A stretch of DNA of 64,000 nt. It comes from Gracilinanus agilis (lineage: Eukaryota). Under the pieces are notes generated by a model. It was not told the origin of the DNA and did no database searches. It saw only the letters and a list, made by a program, of their open reading frames with translations. Below, one piece after another: positions 1 through 12,217 of this stretch. The stretch is from contig NC_058133.1 of the NCBI RefSeq assembly GCF_016433145.1, forward strand, positions 490,558,373-490,622,372, written 5' to 3'. The first letter of the stretch is position 1. Each line of letters starts with the position of its first letter. The position numbers and the translations under genes are program-made.

Positions 1-1366
1 TAAACTTTTTCTGTATCAATCAAGATAATATGATTTTTGTTATTATATTGATACCTGGTATAAGTCCCTATTTATATTTACCCATATTTATGTCAACTCC
101 TGGTATAAATCCTATTGCTATAATTTCCTTGCTGGTATTTTATTTAAAAGCATCAGTATTCATTAGTGAAATTAATCTGTTGTTTTCATTCTTAGTTTTC
201 ATTCTTCCTGGTTTAGGTATCAGCACCATGTTTGTGTCATAAAAGGTATTTGGTAGGATTCCTTCTTTGCCTATTTTTCCAAATCGTTTGTATGGGACTG
301 CAATTAATTGTTCTGGAAATACTTGGTAGAATTCATTTGTGAGGCCATCTGCTCCTGGGGATTTTTTTCTTAGCAAACTCAGTGATGGCTTGTTCAATTT
401 CTTCTAAGATGGGGTTATTTAAGTAATCTATTTCTTCTTCTGTTAATTTCGGCAATTTATATTTTGTAACTATTCATCCATTTCACTTAAGATTGTCAGA
501 TTTATTGGCATATAATTAGACAAAATAACTATGCTTTATTTCCTCTTCATTGATGATGAACTTACCCTTTTCATTTTTGATATTGGCAATTTGGTTTTCT
601 TTTTTTTTTTTTTAATCAAATTAACCAATGGTTTTTGTATTTTTTCTTTGTTTATATAACCAGTTCCTACTTTTACTTATTAGTTCAATGGCTTTTTTAA
701 TTTCAGTTTTATTAATCTCTCCTTTGATTTTCAGAATTTCTAATTTGCTGTTTAATTGGGGATTTTTTATTTGTTCATTTTCTAGTGTTTTTTATTGCAG
801 GCTCAATTCATTGATCTTTTTTGCTATTTTATTGATTTTTTAGAGGCATAACTTTTGGCTACATCCCTTAAATTTGGTTTGCTATCTCATTGTCATTTTT
901 AATGAAATTATCATTTCTATGATTTGTTCTTTGACCCACTTATTCTTTAGGATTAGGTTATATAGTTTATAATTTTCTATCTGTTTCCACAGCCCTTTAT
1001 TGAATGTAACTTTTATTTTATTATGATCTGAAAAGGAGGCACTTAATATTTTTGCTTTTTTACATTTGGTCATGAGATTTTTACGCCCTAATACTTGATA
1101 AATTTTTGGGTTGTGCCATGTATTGTTGAGAAAAAAGGTATATTCCTTTCTCTTTCCATTCAGTTTTCTCTAGAGATCCATCATATCTCACTTTTCTAAA
1201 ATACTTTTCATTCCTTAATTTCTTTATTGTTTATTTTTTGGTTAGATTTATCTAGTTCTGAGAGGGAAAGTTGAGGTTTTCCTCTAGTATAGTTTTACTC
1301 TATTCTTCCTTTTTTTCTTTAATCTTTTCTTCAAACATTTTCTTTAAACATTTCTATGCTATATAC

Positions 1367-1822
1367 CTGTGATGGCAAACCTGTGACATACATGCCAAAG
1401 ATGGCATGCAGAAACCTCTGTGGGCACGGGCAGGCCCCTGGCTTGACCAGCTGGGAACCTGACCCTACCCCAGAATGTAGGGGGAGGGGCTCTCCAGCCT
1501 CTCTCCAGTGGAGCTCAGTCCTGGCTTGGCCAGTCAGAAGCCAGCCCTGCCCCTGAACGCAGGAGGGGAGGTGGTGTGGGGCTTCACCATCCTGTGGGTG
1601 GTAGTCTGACCCCACCCCTGAGGGTAAGGGGAAGGTATGTGGTGCTGGAGCTTCCCTGTGGAGCTCAGCCCTGGCTTGACCAGTCTATATCCTGGTCTCT
1701 CTCCTGAACACAGGAGTGGATGGGGCACTGCAAGCAGCTGGGGGGGCAGGGTATGCAGTTTGCGGTGGGGCATGGCATGAGGTCCCTAAAGAGTTCCAAA
1801 AGGTTCACCCAAAAGGTTATTG
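1367..1822. mobile_element. Non-autonomous hAT element (OposCharlie1/hAT1-like MITE)
   Basis: Left TIR ctgtgatggcaaacct; degraded right TIR aggttcacc...ttattg; flanks ctatatac/ctatctat; GC-rich interior; splits the L1. Confidence 0.8.
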
Positions 1823-3497
1823 CTATCTATGATTTGGTGCATTTATGCTTAGTATTGATATTACTTTATTGTCTGGGGTAACATTTTTGCAAGATGTGGT
1901 TTCCTTGCATGGTTCTTTTCATTAGATCTGTTTTTGCTTTTGTTTTGTCTGAGATTGTTATTGCTACTGCTTTTTAAACTTCAACTGAAGTATAACAGAT
2001 TTTGCTTCAACCTCTTCTGTGTGTGTCTTTCTGCTTCAAGTGTGATTCTTGTAAATGGTATTTTGTAGAATTCTGATTTTTAATCCATTGCTATCTGCTT
2101 CCAGTTTATGGATGAGTTCATTCCCATTTCCATTCTCAGTTACGATTACTTTATATATTATGTATTTTTCATGTTTTTCCCTCCATCCTATTTTTTATCC
2201 ATTTATCTTTCTCTTCACTTTTTTCTTCCTCAGGTAAAGTTTTGCTTCTGACCATGCGTCCTCCCCATCTACCTTCCCTTTTATCAGTCTCTCCTACTTC
2301 CCTGTAGAATAAGATAGATTTCAATACCAAGCTGTTTCAGCCAGTTCCAATTAGAGTAAAGTTTGTGTTGCCCTCAACCCTTCCTTTCTTCCCCTACTGT
2401 AAAAGTTTTTTTGTGCCTCTTTTATGTGAGATAATTTACCCCATTCCACTTCTTCCTTCTTTCTCCTAGTGCATCCTTTTTTTCACCTCTTAGTTTATTT
2501 TATTTTTTGGATATTATTCCGTCAGTCAACTCATATGCATGCTCTCAGTCTATGACTCCTATCTGCCCTTATAATGATAAATTTCTTGAAAGTTACAAGC
2601 ATCATCTTCCCATGTTAAAAAACAGTTTAATCTTATTAAATCCCTTATGCTTTCATTTTCTGTTATATCTTTTTTGTGTTTCTGTTGGGTCTTGTCTTTG
2701 AAAATCAGATTTTTCTTTTCAGCTCTATAGTCTTTTCATCAAGAATGTTTGAGAATATCCTATTAAATATCGATTTTCCTTGCCAAAAGATTTTGTTCAT
2801 TTTCACTAGGTAGATGATTCTTGGTTGTGATCCTAGCTCCTTTATACCCCAGAATATCATTCTAAGCTCTCAGATCTTTTCATGTAGAATCTACCAAATC
2901 CTTTGTTATCTTGACCATGGCCCCATGATATTTGAATTGTTTCTTTTGGCTGTTTGTAGTATTTTTCTCCTTCACCTGGGAGCTCTGGAATTTGGCTATA
3001 ATATTCCTGGGAGTTTTCATTTTGAAAATGTCTTTGGAGATGATTAACGGATTCTTTCAATTTTACCTTCTGGTTCTAGACTGTCAGGGCAGTTTTCCTT
3101 AATAATTTCTTGAAATATATCTAGGCTCCTTTTTTTTAACATGACTTTCTTAAATTATTTCTCTTTGACCTTTTTTCAAAAGTCAGTTGTTTTTCCAGTG
3201 GGATATTTCACATTTTCTTTCATTTTTTCATTCCTTTGTTTTTGTTTTATGGTTTTTTAATTCGTTATGGAGTTATTAGTTTCCATTTGCCCAGTTCTAA
3301 TTTTAAGGCATTATTTTCTCCATTGAGCTTTTGTACTTCCATTTTCTCTTTGTTCTTTTCTTCATTGAATTTTTATACATATTTTTTCTTTCTTTTTTGT
3401 GCTTTCTTTACAAGCTGTTGACTCTTTTTTTATGACTTGCATAAATAACTTCAATTTCTTTTTCTTTTCTCAATTTTTATTTTATCTCTCTTATTTG

Positions 3498-3690
3498 TTT
3501 TTTTTTTTTTTTTTAAACCCTTGTACTTCGGTGTATTGTCTCATAGGTGGAAGATTGGTAAGGGTGGGCAATGGGGGTCAAGTGACTTGCCCAGGGTCAC
3601 ACAGCTGGGAAGTGGCTGAGGCCTGTATAAGAGACAGGACCTCCTGTCTCTAGGCCTGACTCTCACTCCACTGAGCTACCCAGCTGCCCT
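3498..3690 (-). mobile_element. SINE1_Mdo-type SINE, short-tail variant
   Basis: tRNA-like head and CORE; poly-T; TSD ctcttatttg at 3488-3497 and 3689-3698. Confidence 0.9.
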
Positions 3691-4797
3691 CTTATTTGGT
3701 TTTAAAAATCCTTTCTGAACGCCTCCTGGCACAAATTCACATTTTTCTTTGAGACTTTGCTGTTGATTTTGTTGCCATTTTCCAAGTCTGTGTCGATCTT
3801 TTCTGTTGCCATGGTAATATTCTGTGGTCAGGTTCTTTTGTTGTTCATTTTTTTTCCTGCCTATTTTTTGAGTTTTAACTTTATGTTAAAGTTAGGCTCT
3901 GCTCTGTGGGTAGAAGGGGTTACTGTCCCAATCTTCATGTTTTTCATGCTGCTGCATCCTGTTTCATGTTTTTCATGATTCCAGTGAGACCTTTCTTGTT
4001 GACCTTCTCAATTCTCTTGGACTGGAAAATTGTTTCCCTGACCTTTCTGTTGGTTCTGCCATTCTAGAATTCATGTTGGGGTGTTAATATTGTTTGGAAG
4101 GGAATCTGAGAGAGGTTGAGTGAGTCCCTGCCTTTACTGTCTTTTTTTTTCACCATCTTGATTTTGTTGCCCCTGAACTAGATGTGTTCTGAAGTAAAGT
4201 AGGAATTGTTCATCACTTTAACATAAGATTCACATGGAATTCTCTTACTGAGATTTCCCAGTCAATTTGAAATGTAAATATGCCTATATTTCATTCTCAC
4301 CATCTGTCCAGTTTCAACCTTGATTGTCAGTCAGAGGCACTTAGTTATGATTTTGAGCCAAAACATGCAGATCACAATCTGTAGGCCAGGGCCCCTATGA
4401 TAGCAAAAGAGATTATGCATGGAGCTGGTCATTGTGGAGTGGAATGCTAATAACAGATCTTCGAGTTGCACATAAAGCAGCATTGTTAAAAGAGCTCCCT
4501 TTTGGAGCTGTATGTGTGTATTTATATATTTTCGGTGTTTGAGATAAGGCATAGTGATGCTTGAATTGCTTCAGCTGATCAGTGTGCTGACCCTGAGTGT
4601 TGGTATGTTGTCTGTTGGTGGGGTTTGTCCAGTGACAAGACCCAAGCCAATCTCAACAAGAAGCTTTTCTAAGAATTGAGTGCCTTCTTCCCAAAGTCTC
4701 TGAGACTAAACAACTACTAATGGTTTTTCTGTCCATGCAGAAAAAGTTCACAGCATCAGTTCAACTTATAACTCAAGTGATCTTTTTCTCTTTTCAG

Positions 4798-4848
4798 CTC
4801 ATAATGCAGCAAGGGGATACTACTATAAAACCCATACTCCAAGTCATT
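4798..4848 (+). CDS. RPA1: RPA1 exon 2 (LIMQQGDTTIKPILQVI)
   Basis: ttttcag|ctc...att|gtaagt; 51 nt; homologous to human AIMQKGDTNIKPILQVI. Confidence 0.95.
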
Positions 4849-4944
4849 GTAAGTATCCAGATTTGTAAAATATAATCTTTCTCACTTGTAAATTAAATTA
4901 GAACTACATTTTTATAAGGTGCTCAAATATTTATTTGTGGACTC

Positions 4945-5070
4945 AGACAGGTCCTAGTTGTGTGACCCTGAGCAAGTCAGTTAATCCCCGTTGGCTAGCC
5001 CTTACCACTCTTCTGCCTTGGAACCAATACATAGCATCAGTTCTAAGACAGAAGGTACGGAGTTTTTTAT
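4945..5070 (+). mobile_element. 5'-truncated SINE1_Mdo-type SINE
   Basis: gtgtgaccctgagcaagtca CORE followed by cccttaccactcttctgccttgg tail. Confidence 0.8.
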
Positions 5071-5554
5071 GTATACACAGACACAGACGTGTATAGTATA
5101 CACAGAAGTATACGTACATGCATATATACATTGTGTGTGTGTAGGTAGGGAGCATCACTAGAGAGAGTGAGTGTGTTTCGGCTTTGGCCTCTTGCACTCT
5201 TGGCGAGAACTGACAAGTGACTTTGGCTTGAGGTGCTGACCTGAGGCTTCACTCCCCTCCCCTGCAGGCAGTAGTGGCCAGGTGATATAGTAAGTTCTCA
5301 GTAAACACTTGTTTATTGATTTGATTGTGGATTGGGTTTGATTTAGGTGGAAGAGAAGGAACAAAGATCTTGGCAGGGAGCGAAGGAGAAATGCTTCAAT
5401 CCAGTTTATTTTCCCTTATTTTTAGATATCTAGGAAAGTGGGCAAACATTTTGTCCATGCTGGACTGATGTCAGATTTACTCTCCTGCCACCGTTTAGGT
5501 GTCTCTGGAGAGTCAGTCAGCAGGCAGACTAATAACTCAAGTTTTCTATCCTAG

Positions 5555-5633
5555 AACATCCGACCGATTGCTACAGGAAATTCTCCACCCCGTTATCGAA
5601 TGCTCATGAGTGATGGATTGAATACTGTATCCT
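5555..5633 (+). CDS. RPA1: RPA1 exon 3 ([26 protein letters not shown])
   Basis: ctag|aac...cct|gtgagt; 79 nt; basic-cleft Arg residues present. Confidence 0.97.
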
Positions 5634-6385
5634 GTGAGTACAGTGTAGAGAATTAAGAATTTGGAAGTGTTTAAGTGACAAAAGGGCCCCTTCCACCTTG
5701 AAATCCAATATTTTATGATATCCAAGTGCCTTATTTTAAGGCATACATGAGGTTGGCAGTCTAATTCAGACAGAATTGCAGCTGGCAGAGCATTTTAACA
5801 ATAGAACAGTCCAAGTGGAAAGCTGCCACTTGGCTTAATTAATTTTCTCTAACTGGCTCTATATGTTTTCTGTGTGATTAATTTCCCTAAGGATGATATT
5901 GACTTTAAGTGAATGTGATGGGTTAGTTGTCCTATACCTGCCGCTCTTGAATTTCTTTCCTATGTTGGGAGCTTTAAAGGAAAGAAAGGATATGCCTGGG
6001 GAATTTGCTGCTGGATTTAGCAAGCACATGTTCTACAATGTGAGGGACTCCTAAGGGTTTTTTGTCTTTGTCATGAAACCAGAATGATGAGAAAAGGTGA
6101 ATTTGGGCCCATCAAGATAAAAATGTATACAAGTGGAGCAGCGCATGTTTGCTAACTGCAAACGACTGTGCTGAAATCATTTTGTCGTCAGAAATTGTGG
6201 GGATGGGGCAGGGAAGCTGTGATTTGCTTTAATTTCAGAAAACATCTGTTTACATTGCCCTTTCTCCCTGTTACACGGGTAGGGGACTTTTGGCCCAAAC
6301 ATGATCAGCATTCATATTCTTTGAATCGAAGTGTTAGGAAGTTAATTTGTTGTGTTGTGGAGATTAAATCTCTTTTACTTTTCAG

Positions 6386-6494
6386 CTTTTATGTTGGCAA
6401 CTCAGCTAAATGTACTGGTGGAGGAAGAACGCTTGTCCAGCAACTGCATTTGCCAGGTTAACCGGTTCATTGTTAATACTCTGAAATTTGGAAG
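6386..6494 (+). CDS. RPA1: RPA1 exon 4 ([37 protein letters not shown])
   Basis: ttcag|ct...gaag|gtctgt; 109 nt; lies within track ORF 6352-6555. Confidence 0.97.
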
Positions 6495-7104
6495 GTCTGT
6501 GGTTTTGTTTTTTCCCCCCTTTTCTATCTCTCTGTATGGGAATGTTAATTTGTGAAAATTAACCTATAAGCCAAGTTCTAGATCTGTAAAATTGACAACC
6601 CTTAGTAAGTAGGAGTAAGAGGATTGGCCACGGATGCTGGTTACCCAACAGCACTAACCAAGATAAATTCCAACTGGTTATAGAGGGAAAGATCCCTTTA
6701 TTTGACTTCCTTTTAGATGTTTATTTCTCACTGGAGCTTTTAAATTCAAGGCCCAACCTTTTAAGAAGTAGAGCCAAGTTTTCATATAGGCCCCAATGGA
6801 AAGATACATTTCATGTATCATCACCTAACCAGAATCTTCCTTCTTAGAAGACCATTCATCAGAGGGTCTAGTGAAAAATCCTTTTGGGTGTGGACTGGAC
6901 AGGGTAGCTGCTTCCTTCTCTTCAAATTCTGTTATTATTGTCCCCAGTTATTAAGATTACTCTCTCAAATTTTTTTGTATTTTGTATATACTTTGTGTTT
7001 ATAGATAGGATCATAAAGAATTGGAAGGCACCGCAGAGACGGCACCTCAGGGATGATCCTGTGCCTTCTTCAGAGGCCTCTGAATCATCTTCCAGCTCCC
7101 TCCT

Positions 7105-7495
7105 TTTTTTTTTACTTTCTGCCTTGGAATCGCTATAAAGCAGTGGTTCCCAAACATTTGGCCTTCCACCCCCTTTCCAGAAAAAATATTACTTAGTGCC
7201 CCTTGGAAATTATGAAACTATTTATCAAACTCAGACTAGAATGTAATACAAAAAAAGTGTGGCCATCACCAACTCCCTGGATTGCTGCAGCACCCACCAG
7301 GGGGCGGTGGCATCCACTTTGGGAATCACTGCTAAAGTATCAGTTTCGAGGTAGAAGAGCAGTAAGGGCTAGGAAATTGAGGTTAAGTAATTTACCCAGG
7401 GTCACACAGGAAGCATTTGAAGTCAGATTTGAACCGAGGACCTCCTGACTCCAGGCCTGCTGCTCTATCCACCATGCTTTCTAGTTGCCTCTCAG
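7105..7495 (-). mobile_element. SINE1_Mdo-type SINE split by a hAT MITE
   Basis: Tail sequence gccttggaatcg resumes as ctaaagtatcagtttcgaggtagaagagc after 7331. Confidence 0.8.
7141..7331. mobile_element. Charlie-type hAT MITE, 191 bp
   Basis: TIRs cagtggttcccaaa / tttgggaatcactg; imperfect flanks ctataaag/ctaaagta. Confidence 0.85.
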
Positions 7496-9052
7496 TTCCC
7501 TCATTTTACAGATGAGAAAGCTTGACTTTAAGTGATTTGCCTAGCACAATTTGAATCCTGGTTCTTTGCTTCTTTATATAGAGTAGACTTTGTCTACCAC
7601 ATTGTTGTAAGGTCTATCTAGAATGTAACTTCTTGGAAGGTAAAAAGAGTTTAGTTTTTGTCTTTGTATTCCCATTGTTTTGCACATATTGATTGCTGCT
7701 TAAATGTTCGAATTGAATAGTAAATGGTATTTTATCCTAAATAAATGAAGGCTGAATTTGGCTACATTCAGCATATTAATAAATAATCTGTCCTTCTGAG
7801 TTTAGGTTTGATGGAGATTAAGAGAAGAAGGAATACAAGGATATGCTTAAGTAGTACTTTTATAATATTTCAGAATTAAATATCACATATTCCTAAAAAT
7901 TTATTTCTGAATAAGACCTGTGACTGCTCATATTTACTTCCCCTTGAGAAAAAAGTTAGAAAATTAACTTTCATGCCTGTAATTTTTTGTGGTTTTCAGC
8001 TCTTTTTAAGCATACACACTAGTCCTTTATGACAGTATTCACTTATGTCTGTGCAGTGATTTGTGACCATTAGTGCAGTATTGAATTTTGATTTAATCTG
8101 CCTGATGAAGTTAGTAGAACAGGGATCATTAACCTGATATTACAGGTTTAATCAGAGAGGGGAAGGAATTTGCTCAATTTTAGGAATAGTCAATGGTCAA
8201 GTCAGGACTTAAAACCAAAGATACTGATTCCTAGTTGGATAATTTTTCCCTACTGCACCAGATTGCCTCATGCTACGATCTGATGTCTGGATGACTTTCA
8301 GGTCTCTGGAACCCTGGGCAACAGTCTGGAGGCTATGATGGGGGTTTTCTTCCCTTAAGTCCAAGATCCCTCTGAATTGCGGTTCAAATCAGTCAGCTTT
8401 TATTAAGTATGAACTAGGGATCCGCTTCCTCCCCTCCAAGAGCTTATATACTGGAATTCAGGTAGAAACATTCCTTTCTCAAGCTTATTTGGTGGCTCTT
8501 CTCCAGTTCTTTGACCTTGGTTAAGTCACAACTTCTTTTTGGCTGTTTTCTCACCTGTAAAGGGAAAGAGGAACATGGCTTCTCATTTCTCCAAGGTCTG
8601 TAATTTTTTATTTCTAATTCACAGTTATTGAGGATCTTTTTCTTGGGAGTAGCGAGGAGGGGGAAGTTTGGTCCTGTGATCTCATTGATGGAGGAATGCT
8701 CCACCAATGTGTTTTCAGCATCTCGTTGATAGTGTAAATTTGAGAGAATTGTCTGAGACACTTCAACATGAAACATCCTGCCCCCAGACACACAAGTAGT
8801 TTTTTGTCAGAGATAAGACTTGGGAAGACCCTTGGGCCTTTCTGAATCTAAAGTCAGTTTTTTATCCTCCATATAAGCTTACATCTCTCAGTTCTATATG
8901 CTCCACCACTGCAAACAGTCTGACTGGACAAAGATCTGCTGAAAAACATAAAGGCAAAATCTAAAAACATTGTGTCATTTTAGGGACATAATTAATTAAA
9001 GCTATGAACATTGATTAACTTGGATTTCTGCAAGGGGTGAAAAAGGGGGTTT

Positions 9053-9783
9053 TGGGTAGATATTAAATGGTTGGTTGCCAGGGGATTGAAGCAATTATCA
9101 GTCCTCAATTAAAGAATAACCTCAAGTTAAAATGACTTTTATGGAAATTTATTTACAAATGAGAAGAGGAAGTAGAAATAAGGAAATAAGAGAGAGGATA
9201 AGATAGGATAAGTAATCTAACACAGTAGGTAATTTGCTCTGATCCCCTAGTTCAATCCAGGTAGAGCTAATTAACCCTCAGCCGAGGGAAATCTGGCCTT
9301 GATCCCAAGGCCGGAAAGTCAGAGGCCCAAAGGGCCTCAAAGGCGAACGAAGCAAAAGCTTCAGCCACAGAGTCTCTATTAAAAGGAAGTTCCTTAAGAG
9401 AAGTTCAGGAAGATTCAGTCTTAATACTCACCATGTGGAACAGTCTCACCAGCTCCAGACCTCCTCCAAGTCTGGTCATGAACCAGAAGAGCTCCTTTAG
9501 GTCCTGTTCACGAACCAGAAGAGAGGGCCCAGCTCACTGACGTCTCGTTTTTTTAAAGGGGCCTCTTTTGTGTCACTTCCTGTGGCTGCTTCTTAGTTTA
9601 CATGTCCAATCACAACAGATGCTTTTCTTAGGACTGCCCACGAGGCAGTCAGTAAATTCTGATTTGTTACTCACTAGCACACTTGGGTTACAGACCACCC
9701 AACTTATGAGTTAAATGGAGATGTTTTCACCTTTGGTGATTAAATCTAAAGATGGGCAGGGTAGATTTAATCTCATTATCACA
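9053..9783 (-). mobile_element. Solo ERV LTR
   Basis: TG...CA ends; minus-strand AATAAA at 9148-9153; shares motifs (tcacttcctg, ggactgccca..ggcagtc, tgatttgtta) with 59168-59736. Confidence 0.75.
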
Positions 9784-10544
9784 TTTCATACCTATTCACT
9801 TGTGTTTTACATAGATATAAAAATATATTTTAGGATCAAAAACAGGATGCCAAACTGAAGCAAACTGAGAAAATAGCTCAACTCTTTATTTTGAAAAATT
9901 TCTTCCTTCTTACCCCTTACCCCTAGTTTCTTGAGAAGCAAAGGGTGGGGGAGAGAGCATTTCAGGGGGCTGCATCTGGCTCACGGGCTGTAGGTTGCCC
10001 ATCACTGCTCTAACCTATGAGCATTGGTAAACACGCTAGAATTTATTTCAAAAAGTGTCTTAAATCACTTAAAGCTTTGGAATTTGAAGTCCTACCTGTA
10101 TTCTACTTGATTTTATGTTCTAGAATGCAGTGTCATATTTTGGTTCAGTGACCAGAGGTTCTTTTATACAGAATAATACTGCAGCTTTTGGGAAGTAGAT
10201 TTAGGCTTTCTTGGAGGCTCTTGCCTCTAACTGTTTTTGCCAGTGAAAACTTAAAAAGGGAATGTTTTAAGAAAGGCAGCATTATATGTTGGAAAGGACA
10301 TCGGACTGAGAGAAGATGTTTATTTCCAGCTTTGTCATGCTGAGTAAATTCTTAACCTTTTTGCCATAGTTTCCTCATCTCTCAGATGGGAATACAATGC
10401 ATGTACTGTTTTATTTTGTGGAGTTGTGGATTCAAATGCTTCATGGCTTAAAAACAATTTATAAATTCTTACTTTTATTATTGGGCACAATGTTATATTA
10501 TATATTTTATAACATAGTACATACAACATTATTACATAAGTGGC

Positions 10545-10712
10545 ACTGGATATAATGCCAAGCCTGGAGTCGGGAAGATTTCCTCAGTTTCCTCATCTGT
10601 CATTTGAACTGGAGAAGGATATGTCAAACCATTCCAGTATCTGCTAAGAAATCCCTAACTGGGGTCAAAGAGTCAGATATGACTGGAAATGACTAAATGA
10701 TAACTTTTATTA
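10545..10712 (+). mobile_element. Mar1-type CORE-SINE, internally deleted
   Basis: RTE-like tail ggagaagga..aaaccattccagtatc..aagaaa. Confidence 0.7.
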
Positions 10713-11573
10713 TTTCTCTTATTGTATTTTCAGAACTATTGATATAAATTGAATTTTCACAGAAAATCTAAATGCCAGGTCAGTTAGTTGTATATAGATA
10801 CTATTGAAAATGAAATCTTTGTGCCCTAGCTATTACTCTACTGTAGCTGTAGTTCTTACTCTTTTAGTATAAATAAGGACTGTTTTTTTTTTTATCAAAA
10901 AGTCTGATAGTATCCATTGATTGAGAAAATAAATGATAACAAATGGTTGCTATGCCTTCATGAATGATTTTAAATGAATTCTTTTATTAACCACAAGTTT
11001 CTGTATACATTTGAAAACTAATGCATATATGTGTGAGATGTTCAGTCTGTAGAAAGTATGTTTATTATAATGAGTCACACTGCATGTTGTTGATGCTAAA
11101 TAAAGATCAGAATCACCCTGCCTGGTGAGTCTAGATATCTGTAGACCTTTTGCAGTCACAGTGGAGCTCCTATTGGGGTCAGTGGACCACTGTTTGGGAA
11201 TTACTACAGGAAACTCTTCCTTCTCACATCTTTTAGCCCCTATGGAGATGTGCTCTTTGTAAGTAGAGCCATTTGGAATGTTTGAAAGGAAGAAGGAAGG
11301 GTTCCATTATGAAGGAAAAAATGTGAATGTGGAATATGAAGTATGCAGTGAAAAAATTAGGGAAATATTCAGTGTGAGAATTGTTAAAGTAATTTATTTC
11401 CCAAGTTATTTGGCCATTTCAAAAGTTGTTAATGCAAAGAAAGTCATTATCGGAATAGTCAGTAGGGACTGCGTGTTTATAAAGCAGCCTGCGTGATAGC
11501 TCGAGGTCTCAGGCTCGCATACGCTTCACACTGCTTCTACTAATTCTAACTTTGTATTCTTTTGCCCTTGTAG

Positions 11574-11662
11574 GAAAGTGGTTATATTGATGGATTTAGA
11601 AGTTTTGCAATCTGCTGATGAAGTTGGAGGAAAGATTGGCAATCCGGTGCCCTATAATGAAG
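11574..11662 (+). CDS. RPA1: RPA1 exon 5 ([31 protein letters not shown])
   Basis: branch-like ttctaac, pyrimidine tract, tag|g...gaag|gtaggg; 89 nt. Confidence 0.97.
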
Positions 11663-12011
11663 GTAGGGCATTACTGTTGGCATAGGCCATATCATCAAAT
11701 CAAGTGACTGTTTAGAGGGCAACCATGTCATAAGCTTATCATTTTTATATAGTAGTGAAAAAACTGAGGATTCTTGGTTCTCGGTAAGAGTTATTCTGTC
11801 ATTGTTTTCCAATTCAAAAGAAATCCATGTTACTTGTTGGGTTAAGAAAAGGGGGAAAATTCTACTTAATGTTGGACGTGATGTAAATTCAAGCTATTTT
11901 TCTTCAACCGCCTTCTTGTCTCTGGGAATACAAAGTGCAGATAATATAAATATGTCACAAGTAACAGACTCTATAGTTGTTTTTAAAGACTATAAAAAAT
12001 TAAGCACTAAG

Positions 12012-12217
12012 GGGGCAGCTGGGTAGCTCAGTGGATTGAGAGCCAGGCCTAGAGACGGGAGGTCCTAGGTTCAAATCTGGCCTCAGACACTTCCCAGCTG
12101 TGTGACCCTGGGCAAGTCACTTGACCCCCCATTGCCTACCCATACCACTCTTCTGCCTTGGAGCCAATACACAGTACTGACTCCAAGACGGAAGGTAAGG
12201 GTTTTAAAAAAAAAAAA
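12012..12217 (+). mobile_element. Young full-length SINE1_Mdo-type SINE, long-tail variant
   Basis: Perfect 18-bp TSD aaaaaattaagcactaag (11994-12011 / 12218-12235); poly-A; CpGs retained. Confidence 0.95.

Larger units (their letters stand above)
1..4150 (-). mobile_element. Decayed L1 (ORF1 to ORF2 EN/RT), interrupted by a hAT MITE and a SINE; runs off window start
   Basis: Minus-strand peptides [13 protein letters not shown]...LIPKPGR (ORF2), SASFSDHNKIK (EN end), frameshifted ORF1-like sequence near 2860-3060; many stops. Confidence 0.9.

Noticed and set aside
6082-6176. C box (ATGATGA) and D box (CTGA) ~90 nt apart, a possible intronic snoRNA
   Set aside because: No terminal stem, no D'/C' boxes and no recognisable rRNA guide
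6493-6500. Weak exon 4 donor AG|GTCTGT as a regulated site
   Set aside because: The exonic AAG and +5G+6T compensate; no other evidence of alternative use
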